Below are positions 28,670 through 41,679 of a stretch of 64,000 nucleotides of DNA, in pieces. Position numbers and translations under genes: made by a program. The stretch lies in the NCBI RefSeq assembly GCF_009914755.1, contig NC_060934.1; one strand, 5' to 3'. Source of the stretch: the human T2T-CHM13v2.0 reference genome, Homo sapiens. Numbering within the stretch: position 1 is the first letter of the stretch; each line of letters starts with the position of its first letter. The notes beneath the pieces are model-generated. The model made no database searches. It was not told the DNA's origin and worked only from the letters and a program-made list of their open reading frames with translations.

Positions 28670-29159
28670 CTGGCATTTATTTTTAATTGCAACAATTGGA
28701 GGATTCTGAGAAAGACCAGCTAAAATTATGAAATCCTTAAACTTGTTAAAGCATCTCACAAACTATTTCCACCAAGGTTCCGCTTGTTAAGAATGATAAA
28801 TCAATAGAATTATTTTTTCCTCCAGAAATCATGATCACACACCAGACACAACCTTGTTAGTTTAATGTAATGTATGAAATGCTCTTCCATGAGCACAATG
28901 TTCAGACATTGTTTATTTGGACTAACAAAACTCTGATGAAGAAATCAAATAAGAAAGTCCTGTAGCTCATTTTTTCTTTAAAAACAGCCAATCACTGGAA
29001 AAACACACATTGACAGAATCTATGTAGTCCCAGGAATGAGACATGCTGGGATCCACTCATGGCTGAGGGAGCAGGGCTCAGGCCTCATACAGAGAGCAGG
29101 CCAGAGGTTTAGCAAAATGACCTGGAGTTCAGGGCTGGGCTCTGTCCTCATGACCACAG

Positions 29160-30240
29160 TAAAAGCACTGACTGAGCGCCTGCCCCCTGCCTCTGTTACA
29201 TATGTGACCTCATTTAATCATCACAACAACTTTCCCAGGTGGGTTACTATTAGCTCCATTGTTCAGGTGAGGAAATTGAAGCTCAGCAAGGCAAGGTTGC
29301 TTTTCTAAGAGCACACAGCAAGTGATGGACCCCCTGGGTCTGGCACCCAAATCACCTAGCGCCTCACCTGGTGTTTCTCCCTCTACATTATATTAACTAC
29401 AATGTAACAATTAGTGACTTAATCTTGGTACCTTACCTATATGATTTCATTTAATGATTATGAAGTACCATTATGTATTATTTTTATCCTCTAAACTTTC
29501 CTAAAGTTACAGAGCTAGGAGGTGGCAGAGATAGGGTAGGACTCCTGTCTGTCTATCTGCCTAAAACTGCAAAGCCCTCACTGTTTCCAGCAATACCCAG
29601 CTGCCTCTCCTTGTACCAAGGGTGTTAGAAGAGCATATCCCCAACACAGCCTGCTCAGGATAAATGCATTTTATCATGACTGCTCTTCTCAGAAACATGC
29701 TACAGTCTAATAAACCTTAATCACCATGTCATAAAGCGCAGTGACTAATCCATTGTACTGTGATTATCACCCATAATATGTAGAGACATAAAAAGAGATT
29801 AATAATGAAGGTAGTCAAATAATACATAGGACTGATGATTATCCACAACAAAGTAAGGAGTGAGTGGAACGTGTTTAAGGAGAAAAGTCGATGCCGGATC
29901 TGAGCTGTCAGTTTAGTGCTCTCCCTACTCAGCCAGTCACCCACTCTGCTGGTGACTTTGTCTTCCATGTTACTGGGTGATGTTTCTTTAAAATGTCTTG
30001 CTGTGCAAAGTATGCACTCCTGGTCCCTATTCAACCCCCATGAGAACGTCACAAACACTCCTAAATCTCACATGAAGCAGCTTTATATCCTGGACAGAGC
30101 CCTGGCTTGGAAGTGAGAAAACCTGGCCAAGGTTCGTTTCTGTCCTCAGCTAGCTATGTGATCGTGAGCAAGTCACTTAATCTTTCTAAGGCTGAGTTCC
30201 TTCATTTACAAAATGGGGTTGGTGATACCCAAAATAAGGC
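29160..30240. mobile_element. Three MIR fragments (about 29160-29380 minus, 29430-29610 minus, 30085-30240 plus)
   Basis: MIR cores gtgaggaaattgaagctcag and caagtcacttaatctttctaag. Confidence 0.6.
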
Positions 30241-30826
30241 TGACAAAATAAGGTTCGCTGGAAATTCAAATGCTTTGGGTTAAATAATACAGGATTAGCT
30301 GATTTAAAGTACCAATGTTATAAGGAAAATAATCTAACAAATGCAGTAAAGGTCTTGGCACATTTTGATGCTAGAGTTGGTGGGAGTTGGAACAGCCAAG
30401 CACTAGGAAAGAGTTCTGAGTCGAGACCAGGACTGGAAAGGGAGGCTCGGTGCAGGTCAAACCAGGAGGAAACTGGAGGCAACATCATACTGAAAGGTAC
30501 ACAAGTTGTAGCCCCCCTCCTTTAAAACTTAACTCCTGCAGTCACCAGAGGCAAGCCCTGAGCAGCATCTGCCTAAGTAAGCGTCTGTGATTTGCAGAGT
30601 GGTCGTCCTGGCCCACAGCTCTTGGAGAGCACTGGGTGGGGCACGCCTGGCAGCTCAAACAGCTGAGTCTTTCACTGAGTGTGAAGACAGCCTGATCCTT
30701 TAAAAAGAGTGGAGTTAACCCCTCCTCTAGGTCAATCTCAGCAGTAATTTTCCAAATGCTGCATGATGCATTCATGTTATGACCCCCTAAAGCTCTTGTT
30801 TTAGTTCTAGAGCTAGTCTAAGACTA

Positions 30827-31400
<574 letters not shown>

Positions 31401-31581
31401 CTGGCTGCAGTTGTGGTGTCCTGGTGACTCATGCAGCAAATTCAACTCCATCTTTACCCAAATCCTTATTATTTCTTCTCCTGCAAGCCACTCCTTAAAG
31501 AGAAAATATAAATATCGCTCTTCAGATTCAAGATGGTATAGCTTAGATGGGTTAGTGTTGTTATTGAAAATAGGAGGCCTC

Positions 31582-31874
31582 AGCCGGGCAGAGTGGCTCA
31601 CACCTGTAATTCTAGCACTTTGAGAGGCCGAGGCGGGCTGATCACTTGAGGCCAGGAGATTGAGACTGGCCTGGCCAACATGGTGAAACCTGTCTCTACC
31701 AAAAATACGAAAAAATAGGCTTCGTGGCTCATGCCTGTAATCCCAGCTACTCAGGAGGCTGAGACACGAGAATCACTTGAACCCAGGAGGCAGAGGTTGT
31801 AGTGAGCCAAGACCATGCCAATGCACTCCAGCCTGGGTGACAGAGTGAGACCCTGTCTCAAAAAAGAAAGAAAG
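31582..31874 (+). mobile_element. AluS
   Basis: Dimer with A tail; TSD GAAAATAGGAGGC. Confidence 0.92.
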
Positions 31875-32674
31875 AAAATAGGAGGCTAGATTCATGCTCC
31901 AGCACTGTCAGCAAATAATAAGGTACTATAGGAAGCTAGGTGCTGTTTTGAGCTCTTTTAATATGTTATCTAATTTAGTGTTTTTCATCATCCAGGAATA
32001 GTTACTCTCCTCCCCACAAATAACAGAAGGAGAAAAGGAGGCTTAATGAGGTCAAGTAACCTGCCCAAAGTCCCAACAAACACCCTCCTGTTACTAATGC
32101 TAACCTTCCATGACTCTCCAGGGCTAGAAGAAAATCCAGTGTGAGGGGTTAAGAAGTGAAACAGGCTTAGCTCACATAGAAAGTCCTTAGCTCATCTCCT
32201 AGCACATGGTTAAATGCTCAACAAATGATATCTAGCATTAGCAATAGAAGGGCATTTGAAAGCCTTTAAAGAAACACACAGAATGCATGGATTTTATGGA
32301 CTTGTGCACAGAGAAGCCCGTGGTGCTAGAAGATACCATGTAGGACTGTCACCAGTGTGCCTCAAGTTGCTCATTGTCTTGCCATTTCACATAAAATAAA
32401 ACAGAAATGCAAATAAAAGCTACACAAATAATGAAACATATATAAAAGAAAATTTTCCCTTTGACTCATCCAATTTTTCCTGGGAGTAATGCACCTTGTG
32501 CTTAGATACACAATTCTCATTGTCAGAGTTGTTTTCCCTTTGCTTTCCACAATCAGACCACAATCAGACCACATCCAGGCCAGTGCTTGGTTTTGGAAAT
32601 AAGACCTTGACCACAGCCCTTTGCCTCACTGGGAATGTGTTGCTCAGCTAAGTGGCTCAAAGTCCATGCTGCCA

Positions 32675-33828
32675 CCTACAGAATGTGAGAACATTTTGGC
32701 AAATTATATATCTGACAAGAGACTCAAACAGGCACTATGGCTCCTGCCTGTAATCCCAGCTACTCAGGATGCTGAGGCAGAAGGATGCTTTGAGCCCAGG
32801 AGTGTGAGGCTACAGTGAGCTATGATCACACCACTGCACTCCAGCCTGGGTGACAGTGAGACCTTGTCTTAAAAAAAAAAAAAAGAAAGAAAAAGAAAAA
32901 AAGAGACTGTTTCTAGAATATATGAAGAACTCTTATAACTCAATAGTGAAAAGACAGATACCTCAATATAAAAATAAGCAAAGGATCTGAATATTTATTC
33001 AAAGAAGATATAAATGGCCAATAAGCACTTGAAAAGATGCTCAGCATCATTAGCCATCAGAAGAATGCATGTCAAAACTACAACGAGAACTACTTCACAC
33101 CCACCAGGATGGCTACTATAAAGAAGACAGATAATAATGAGTGTTGGCCAGGATTTGGAGAGACTGGAATACTTACACACTGCTAACAGAAATGCAATAC
33201 GGTGCAGTCTCTGGAAAACAGTCTGGCAGTTTCCTCAAAAAGTTAAATATAGAGTTTTTATATGAGCCAGCAATTGTACTACTAGGTATATACCCAAGAG
33301 AATTGAAAACATATATTCACACAAAAAATATGTACAGGAATGTCCATAGCAACACATTTGAAATAGCTAGAAAGCAGAAACAAACCAAATGCCTATCAGC
33401 TGATGACTGAATAAAAGACGGTACATCCATATAATGAAATATTACTCAGCAGTGAAAAGGAATAAAGTACTGATAGATGATACAACATGGACAAATTTTG
33501 AAAATGTTATGGTAAGCAGAAGAAGCCAGGCATAAAATACTACATGCTTTATGGTTGCCTTCATATGAACTGTCCAGAACAGGCAAATGTATATGGACAG
33601 AAAGTAGATGAGCAGTTGCTAGAGTTGAGGGATGGCAAGTAGGGGAAATGGTGAGCAACTGCTAATGGGTACAGGGTTTCTTTTAGAAGTGATAAAATGT
33701 CCTGAAATTGATTATGGTGATGGTTGCTAAACTCTGTGACTATACCAAAACACAGCAAATTATACATATTAGATGGATGAATTGTATGGTATGTGAATTA
33801 TGTCTTAGTGAAGCTGTTGTTTTTTTTT
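32675..33828 (+). mobile_element. L1MB 3' portion containing an Alu monomer (FRAM/AluJ right arm, about 32729-32900)
   Basis: ORF2 C-terminal and 3'UTR text (gaaaagatgctcagcatcattagccatcag; ggaaaacagtctggcagtttcctcaaaa). Confidence 0.85.
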
Positions 33829-33889
33829 AAATCTCACGCTTCCCAGGCAGCTGGAGTTTCTTCTAACTGGGCTGTGGAGTACATGACAT

Positions 33890-34112
33890 GGAAGGCAATG
33901 TGGTTAAAGGCATGCGTTTCAGAATCAGATTCCCCTGGGTTCCAACGCTGGCTCTGCCTTTTATTGTCTGTATAAACTTGGGCAACTCTGTGAACTTGTG
34001 AAAATATTTGTCATAATATAGTCTTTGTGACTTTGTGCAGATGAAATGAGATGATGCAGGTAAAAGGTTTATCACAGTATTCAATTTGCAAGTGCTTAAA
34101 AGGAAGCTACTG
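33890..34112 (+). mobile_element. MIR SINE
   Basis: gtggttaaaggcatgc...gaatcaga...cctgggttccaa...cttgggcaa. Confidence 0.6.
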
Positions 34113-35543
34113 ACTTCATCACCTACGTGAACTTGGAAAGTTTACTTATGAAGTAAGTCATTTATTCTGTTACATATTATTTCTGTCTTCTTCCATTTCT
34201 TGTGTTTCCACCACCAAATCAAAATAGGAATCAGAAGTTTGCATGCATTCATCTCTACTGACTTCAAAAGAAGAGGGTAAAAAAGTTGTCCTAGTTTAGG
34301 GATGCAAATGATTTAGCAGTGGCAGGATGCCCTGAGTGCGCATTACCAGGCTTTGGAGTTTATGTCATCAGGCATGGGGCGAAATGGTAGCTTTTGAGGC
34401 ATAAAAGAGGAGCATAAGTTCTGTCCTATTAAAGAGATCAATTGTCCAGTGTGTCCAATATTCTGTCTTCCACTCTGGCCAAGACAGATGCTTCAGAGAA
34501 GGACATAAAATCCATTAACATACTTAATTACACACTCTTGTATTATGGGAGATACATTACTGTCCCAAACCCAGCCTGTCCTTGCCTAAATATCCAACAT
34601 CCATTATCTTCAAGGTAGCTTACAGATTTAAACTAATTAATCTCTTTTTCTCCAAGAGGCTTTTTCTTACCAGGGGGATGAGAGGGCTGGTTACCTGCTG
34701 CCTGCCCCCATCTGTGAGCTACTGGGCTGATGCCTGATTGTCACCTTGTGCCTGTTTGACCTTATGCTTAGTGGGCATTTGGAACTCCTGCACCATCAAT
34801 CATTTGTTGAAGACCAACTGTATGCCAGGAAAGGTGCCAGATATTGGGGCAAAAGGAAGACTAGGATTTTGTTCCTTTATGAGAGGAACTCTAAGTCTAC
34901 TATGGTATATATAATTTTTCCTATATTATGATTACTTAAAAATGTGTTGGCCTCCCCTTTGAGACAGATATATCTGAAGATAATAATAATGTAAGGTGTA
35001 ACTATTGAAATTGCTCAGAACAGCAAAGTGACTTCTCAGAGGTCACTATGCAACACTTCCATTTTCATTTATTGGCCAGAAATTTAGTCTCGTGGCTGGG
35101 TCTAGTTGTAAAGGGAGTTGGGGGAATGTACTCATTTAATGGAGGGACAAGGTGCCTAGATATAAACTCAAGTTCTATCCCTAAGAAAAAAAGGAGAGAA
35201 TGAATTTGGGGAGTCAATTAGCAATCTTCTCATGGGAGGCATCAAAGATTTTTAATAAGAGAGTGATAAATTTAGATGTGTGGTTTTGGGCACATCTGGT
35301 GGCCCCCAAAGCATCAGTAGGTTAGGGTGTGGGTAAGGAAAGGTAAGACAACAAGGGAAGGGGAGGGAAGCTGCAGCAAAACATGATCAACTAAAAGCCA
35401 AAACATGATCATTGGTTTGAACAACTAAGAGGATATGAGGTGACCTTTGAGAAAGCTGTTTTACAAGAATGGTAAGCTAGACACAAAAACCTGTGATGAA
35501 AAATCACCAATATGTTGTCCCTTTTGTTGATCAAGGAGCTAAC

Positions 35544-36015
35544 TGTCAGGCCTCTGAGCCCAGGCCAGGCCATCGCATCCCCTGTGACTTGCACGTATAC
35601 ATCCAGATGGCCTAAAGTAACTGAAGATCCACAAAAGAAGTAAAAACAGCCTCAACTGATGACATTCCACCATTGTGATTTGTTCCTGCCCCACTCTAAC
35701 TGATCAATGTACTTTGTAATCTCCCCCACCCTTAAGAAGGTACTTTGTAGTCTCCCCCACCCTTAAGAAGGTTCTTTGTAATTCTCCCCACCCTTGAGAA
35801 TGTACTTTGTGAGATCCACCCCTACCCACCAGAGAACAACCCCCTTTGACTGTAATTTTCCATTACCTTCCCAAATCCTATAAAACGGCCCCACCCCTAT
35901 CTCCCTTCGCTGACTCTCTTTTCGGACTTAGCCCACCTGCACCCATGTGAAATAAACAGCTTTATTGCTCACACAAAGCCTGTTTGGTGGTCTCTTCACA
36001 CCGACGCGCATGAAA
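35544..36015 (+). mobile_element. HERV-H 5' LTR (472 bp, LTR7Y/type Ia-like)
   Basis: Three tandem 31-32 bp U3 units containing CCCCACCC; TATAAAA at 35879; AATAAA at 35951; subfamily assigned from recalled consensus. Confidence 0.9.
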
Positions 36016-36017
36016 TT

Positions 36018-36035
36018 TGGTGCCATGACTCGGAT
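36018..36035 (+). other. Primer binding site complementary to the tRNA-His 3' end
   Basis: TGGTGCCATGACTCGGAT 2 nt after the LTR; one mismatch to TGGTGCCGTGACTCGGAT. Confidence 0.93.
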
Positions 36036-36799
36036 CGGGGGACCTCCCTTGGGAGATCAATCCCGTCCTCCTGCTCTTTGCTCCGTGAGAAAGATCCACC
36101 TACAACCTCAGGTCCTCAGACCGACCAGCCCAAGAAACATCTCACCAATTTCAAATCCAGTAAGCAGCATCTTTTTACTCTCTTCTCCAACCTCCCTCAC
36201 TATCCCTCAACCGCTTTCTCCTTTCAATCTTGGCGCTACACTTCAATCTCTCCCTTCTCTTAATTTCAATTCATTTTCTGATAGAGACAAAAGAGACACG
36301 TTTTATCCGTGGACCCAAAACTCCGGCGCCAGTCACAGACTGGGAAGGCAGCCTTCCCTTGGTGTTTAATCATTGCAGGGACGCCTCTCTGATTATATAC
36401 CCACGTTTCAAGGGTGTCAGACAATGCAGGGACGCCTGCCTTGGTCCTTCACCCTTAGCGGCAAGTCCCGCTTTCCTAGGGGGCAAGAACCCCCCAATTG
36501 CTTATTTCTGCACCCCAACCTCTTATCTCTGCGCCCCAATCCCTTATTTCCGCACCCTGACCTCTTATTTCTGTGCCCCAACCCCTTCTCTGCTTTTCTG
36601 GAGGGCAAGAACTCCCCACCCCTTCTCCGTGTCTCTACTCTTTTTTCTGGGCTTGCCTCCTTCACTATGGGTAAGCTTCCACCTTCCATTCCTCCTTCTT
36701 GTCCCTTAGCCTGTGTTCTCAAAAACTTAAAACCTCTTCAACTCACACCTGACCTAAAACCTAAATGCTTTATTTTCTTCTACAATGCCGCTTGACCCC

Positions 36800-37830
36800 A
36801 ATACAAACTCGACAGTAGTTCCAAATAGCCAGAAAATGGCACTTTCAATTTTTCCATCCTACAAGATCTAAATAATTCTTGTCGTAAAATGGGCAAATGG
36901 TCTGAGGTGCCTGACGTCCAGGCATTCTTTTACACATCAGTCCCTTCCTAGTCTCTGTGCCCAGTGCAACTCGTCCCAAATCTTCCTTCTTTCCCTCCCG
37001 CCTGTCCCCTCAGTCCCAACCCCAAGCGTCGCTGAGTCTTTCTAATCCTCCTTTTCTACAGACCCATCTGACCTCTCCCCTCCTCGCCAGCCCAAGCTAG
37101 GTCCCAATTCTTCCTCAGCCTCCACTCCTCCACCCTGTAATCTTTTTATCGCCTCCCCTCCTCACACCTGGTCCGGCTTACAGTTTCATTCTGTGACTAG
37201 CCCTCCCCCACCTGCCCAGCAATTTATTCTTAAAAACGTGGCTGGAGCTAAAGGCATAGTCAAGGTTAATGCTCCTTTTTCTTTATCCCAAATCAGACAG
37301 CGTTTAGGGTTTTTCATCAAATATAAAAACCCAGCCCAGTTCATGGCTCGTTCAGCAGCAACCCTGAGACGCTTTACAGCCCTAGACCCTAAAAGGTCAA
37401 AAGGCCATCTTATTCTCAATATACATTTTATTACCCAATCTGCTCCCGACATTAAATAAAACTCCAAAAATTAAATTCCGGCCCTCAAACCCCACAACAG
37501 GATTTAATTAACCTCGGCTTCAAGGTGTACAATAATAGAAAAAAGTTGCAATTCCTTGCCTCCACTGTGAGACAAACCCCAGCCGCATCTCCAGCACACA
37601 GAACTTCCAAACGCCTGAACCGCAGTGGCCAGGCATTCCTCCAGAACCTCCTCCCCCAGGAGCTTGCTACAAGTGCCAGAAATCTGACCACCAGGCCAAG
37701 GAATGCCTGCAGCCCAGGATTCCTCCTAAGCCGTGTCCCATCTGTGCGGGACCCCACTGGAAATTGGACTGTTCAACTCACCTGGCAGCCACTCCCAGAG
37801 CCCCTGAAACTCTGGCCCAAGGCTCTCTGA
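36800..37830 (+). pseudogene. Disrupted HERV-H gag, with two CCHC zinc knuckles at about 37665-37772
   Basis: Reads CYKCQKSDHQAKEC...CPICAGPHWKLDC; upstream part broken by stops and deletions; start approximate. Confidence 0.8.
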
Positions 37831-37899
37831 CTGACTCCTTCTCGGCTTAGCGGCTGAAGACTGATGCTGCCCGATCGCCTCGGAAGCCCCGTAGACCAT

Positions 37900-40070
37900 C
37901 ACGGACGCCGAGCTTTGGGTAACTCTCACAGTGGAAGGTAAGTCCGTCCCCTTCTTAATCAATATGGAGGCTACCCACTCCACATTACCTTCTATTCAAG
38001 GGCCTGTTTCCCTTGCCTCCATAACTGTTGGGGGTATTGACAGCCAGGCTTCTAAACCTCTTAAAACTCCCCAACTCTGGTGCCAACTTAGACAATACTC
38101 TTTTAAGCACTCCTTTTTAGTTATCCCCACCTGCCCAGTTCCCTTATTAGGCTGAGACACTTTAACTAAATTATCTGCTTCCCTGACTATTCCTGGACTA
38201 CAGCTACATCTCATTGCCGCCCTTCTTCCCAATCCAAAGCCTCCTTTGCGTCCTCCTCTTATATCCCCCCACCTTAACCCACAAGTATAAGATACCTCTA
38301 CTCCCTCCTTGGCGACCGATCATGCACCCCTTTCCATCTCATTAAAACCTAATCACCCTTACCCCGCTCAATGTCAAGATCCCATCGCACAGCACGCTTT
38401 AAAAGGATTAAAGCCTGTTATCACTCGCCTGCTACAGCATGGTCTTTCAAAGCCTATAAACTCTCCTTACCATTCCCCCATTTTACCTGTCCTAAAACCA
38501 GACAAGACTTACAGGTTAGTTCAGGATCTGCGCCTTATCAACCAAATTGTTTTGCCTATCCACCCCATGGTGCCAAACCCATATACTCTCCTATCCTCAA
38601 TACCTCCCTCTACTACCCGTTATTCTGTTCTAGATCTCAAACATGCTTTCTTTACTATTCCTTTGCACCCTTCATCCCAGCCTCTCTTTGCTTTCACTTA
38701 GACTGACCCTGACACCCATTAGGCTCAGCAAATTACCTGGGCTGTACTGCCACAAGGCTTCACAGACAGCCCCCATTACTTCAGTCAAGCCCAAATTTCA
38801 TCCTCATCTGTTACCTATCTCGGCATAATTCTCATAAAAACACACGTGCTTTCCCTGCTGATCGTGTCCGATTAATCTCCCAAACCTCAATCCCTTACAA
38901 AACAACAACTCCTTTCCTTCCTAGGCATGGTTAGTGCGGTCAGAATTCTTACACAACAGCCAGGACCGCACCCTGTAGCCTTTCTGTCCAAACAACTTGA
39001 CCTTACTGTTTTAGCCTAGCCCTCATGTCTGCGTGCAGCGGCTGCCGCTGCTTTAATACTTTTAGAGGCCCTAAAAATCACAAACTATGCTCAACTCACT
39101 CTCTACATTTCTCATAACTTCCAAAATCTATTTTCTTCCTCATACCTGACACATATACTTTCTGCTCCCCGGCTCCTTCAGCTGTACTCACTCTTTAAGT
39201 CCCACAATTACCATTGTTCCTGGCCCGGACTTCAATCTGGCCTCCCACATTATTCCTGATACCGCACCTGACCCCCATGACTGTATCTCTCTGATCCACC
39301 TGATATTCACCCCATTTCCCCATATTTCCTTCTTTACTGTTCCTCACCCTGATCACGCTTGATTTATTGATGGCAGTTCCACCAGGCCTAATCGCCACAT
39401 ACCAGCAAAGGCAGGCTATGCTATAGTACAAGCCACTAGCCCGCCTCTCAGAACCTCTCATTTCCTTTCCATCGTGGAAATCTGTCCTCAAGGAAATAAC
39501 TTCTCAGTGTTCCATCTGCTATTCTACTACTCCTCAGGGATTATTCAGGCCCCCTCCCTTCCCTACACATCAAGCTCGAGGATTTGCCCCCACCCAGGAC
39601 TGGCAAATTAGCTTTACTCAACATGCCCGAGTCAGGAAACTAAAATACCTCTTAGTCCAAATAGACACTTCCACTGAATAAGTAAAGGCCTTTCCTACAG
39701 CGTCTGAGAAGGCCACCACAGTCATTTCTTTCCTTCTGTCAGACATAATTCCTCAGTTTAGCCTTCCACCTCTATACAGTCTGATAACAGACCAGCCTTT
39801 ATTAGTCAAATCAGCCAAGCAGTTTTTCAGGCTCTTAGTAGGTGTCAGTGAAACCTTTATATCCCTTACAGGCCTCCGTCTTCAAGAAAAGTAGAACGGA
39901 CTAAAGGTCTTTTAAAAAGACAGCTCACCAAGCTCAGCCACCAACTTAAAAAGGACTGGACAATACTTTTACCACTTTCGCTTCTCAGAATTCAGGCCTG
40001 TCCTCAGAATGCTACAAGGTACAGCCCATTTAAGCTCCTGTATAGACGCTCCTTTTTATTAGGCCCCAGT
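37900..40070 (+). pseudogene. Disrupted HERV-H pro-pol (protease, RT N-terminal half, RNaseH and integrase fragments)
   Basis: FLINMEATHS (mutated DTGA site); YRLVQDLRLIN, YSVLDLKHAFF and VLPQGFTDSP RT motifs; YxDD region apparently deleted; several in-frame stops. Confidence 0.9.
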
Positions 40071-40674
40071 CTCATTTGACACCAGACCAACTTAGACTGT
40101 GCCCCAAAAAACTTGTCATCCCTATCTTTTGTAGTCATACTCCTATTCACCATTCTCAACTACTCATACATGCCCTGCTCTTGTTTACACTGCCGGTTTA
40201 CACTGTTTCTCCAAGCCATCACAGCTGATATCTCCTGGTGCTATCCCCAAACTGCCACTCTAAACTCTTGAAGTAAATAAATAATCTTTGCTGGCAGGAC
40301 TATGCTGAATCTCCTTAGGCACTCTCTAATCAGATGTCCTATGTCCTCCCAATTCTTAGACCTTTTATACCTGTTTTTCTCCTTCTCTTATTCCATTTAG
40401 TTTCTCAATTCATCCAAAACCGTATCCAGGCCGTCACCAATCATTCTATACGACAAATGTTTCTTCTTACATCCCCACAATATCACCCCTTACCACGAGA
40501 CCTCCCTTCAGCTTAATCTCTCCCACTCTAGGTTCCCACGCCACCCCTAATCCCACTTGAAGCAGCCCTGAGAAACATCACCCATTCTCTCTCCATACCA
40601 CCCCCCAAAAATTTTCGCCGCCTCAACACTTCAACACTATTTTGTTTTGTCTTATTAATATAAGAAGGCAGGAA

Positions 40675-41109
40675 TGTCAGGCCTCTGAGCCCAGGCCAGG
40701 CCATCGCATCCCGTGACTTGCATGTATACATCCAGATGGCCTAATGTAACTGAAGATCCACAAAAGAAGTAAAAACAGCCTTAACTGATGACATTCAACC
40801 ATTGTGATTTGTTCCTGCCCCACCCTAACTGATCAATGTACTTTGTAATCTCCCCCACCCTTAAGAAGGTTCTTTGTAATTCTCCCCACCCTTGAGAATG
40901 TACTTTGTGAGATCCACCCCTGCCCACCAGAGAACAACCCCCTTTGACTAATTTTCCATTACCTTCCCAAATCCTATAAAACAGCCCCACCCCTATCTCC
41001 CTTCGCTGACTCTTTTCGGACTTAGCCCACCTGCACCCATGTGAAATAAACAGCTTTATTGCTCACATAAAGCCTGTTTGGTGGTCTCTTCACACGGACG
41101 CGCATGAAA
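40675..41109 (+). mobile_element. HERV-H 3' LTR (435 bp)
   Basis: About 98% identical to the 5' LTR apart from one missing 31-bp unit and three 2-bp gaps; TATAAAA at 40975; AATAAA at 41045. Confidence 0.95.
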
Positions 41110-41679
41110 CTAACAATGTATTGGGGAGAGAAACACACATCTGCAAATATCATTGCTGAAAAGAAATCATTGCATTAAGTGCTATAGTTAAAGCGTATAA
41201 ACCCAACACTGAACACAAAGGAGGGAAGGATTGGGTCTGACCTGGAGAGCAGCAGAGGAGAAAGTGCGAAATGAAAGGTACCCAGCAACAGACAAAGGGT
41301 CACACTTGGCCCCAGACATAGTGCTTCTTCCTCAAGTGCGAAGGGAGTATTGCAAACACCAGATATGCAGTGTTATCTGTATTTGGAAATTGTTTATATT
41401 CAGGCCATTCACTTCATTCAGTCTGGCAATTTCATTCAATTAATCTCATTCATTTCTTAATTAATCTCATTCATTATTCTCTGTAAACTCCACGAGAGCG
41501 GAGACTTTGTGTCTTCTTCATCGGTAGATCCCCCATGCCTACTGGCACTAGTAGTTGCCCTAAATTCACTTATCAAAGGCAGCAAGAATAACTGGGACTC
41601 TTCTCTCTTGCTTTTCACGATTTCCAGCAGGGCACAAAGGCCTACAGTCCCCACCTGAAAAAAACAGACTTGACTGGAG

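Larger units (their letters stand above)
35544..41109 (+). mobile_element. HERV-H provirus (5566 bp, internally deleted type) with two LTR7Y-like LTRs
   Basis: Direct-repeat LTRs TGTCAGG...CATGAAA; 5-bp TSD CTAAC at 35539-35543 and 41110-41114; His-tRNA PBS; PPT AAGAAGGCAGGAA at 40662-40674; gag zinc knuckles, pro, RT and IN remnants. Confidence 0.97.

Noticed and set aside
35710-35820. 31-bp direct repeats as a CRISPR-like array
   Set aside because: Head-to-tail units without unique spacers; they are the known HERV-H U3 tandem repeats in eukaryotic DNA
38309-38701. 130-aa RT-like ORF as a functional reverse transcriptase
   Set aside because: Fragment of HERV-H pol that stops at TAG before LPQG; the YxDD catalytic region appears deleted
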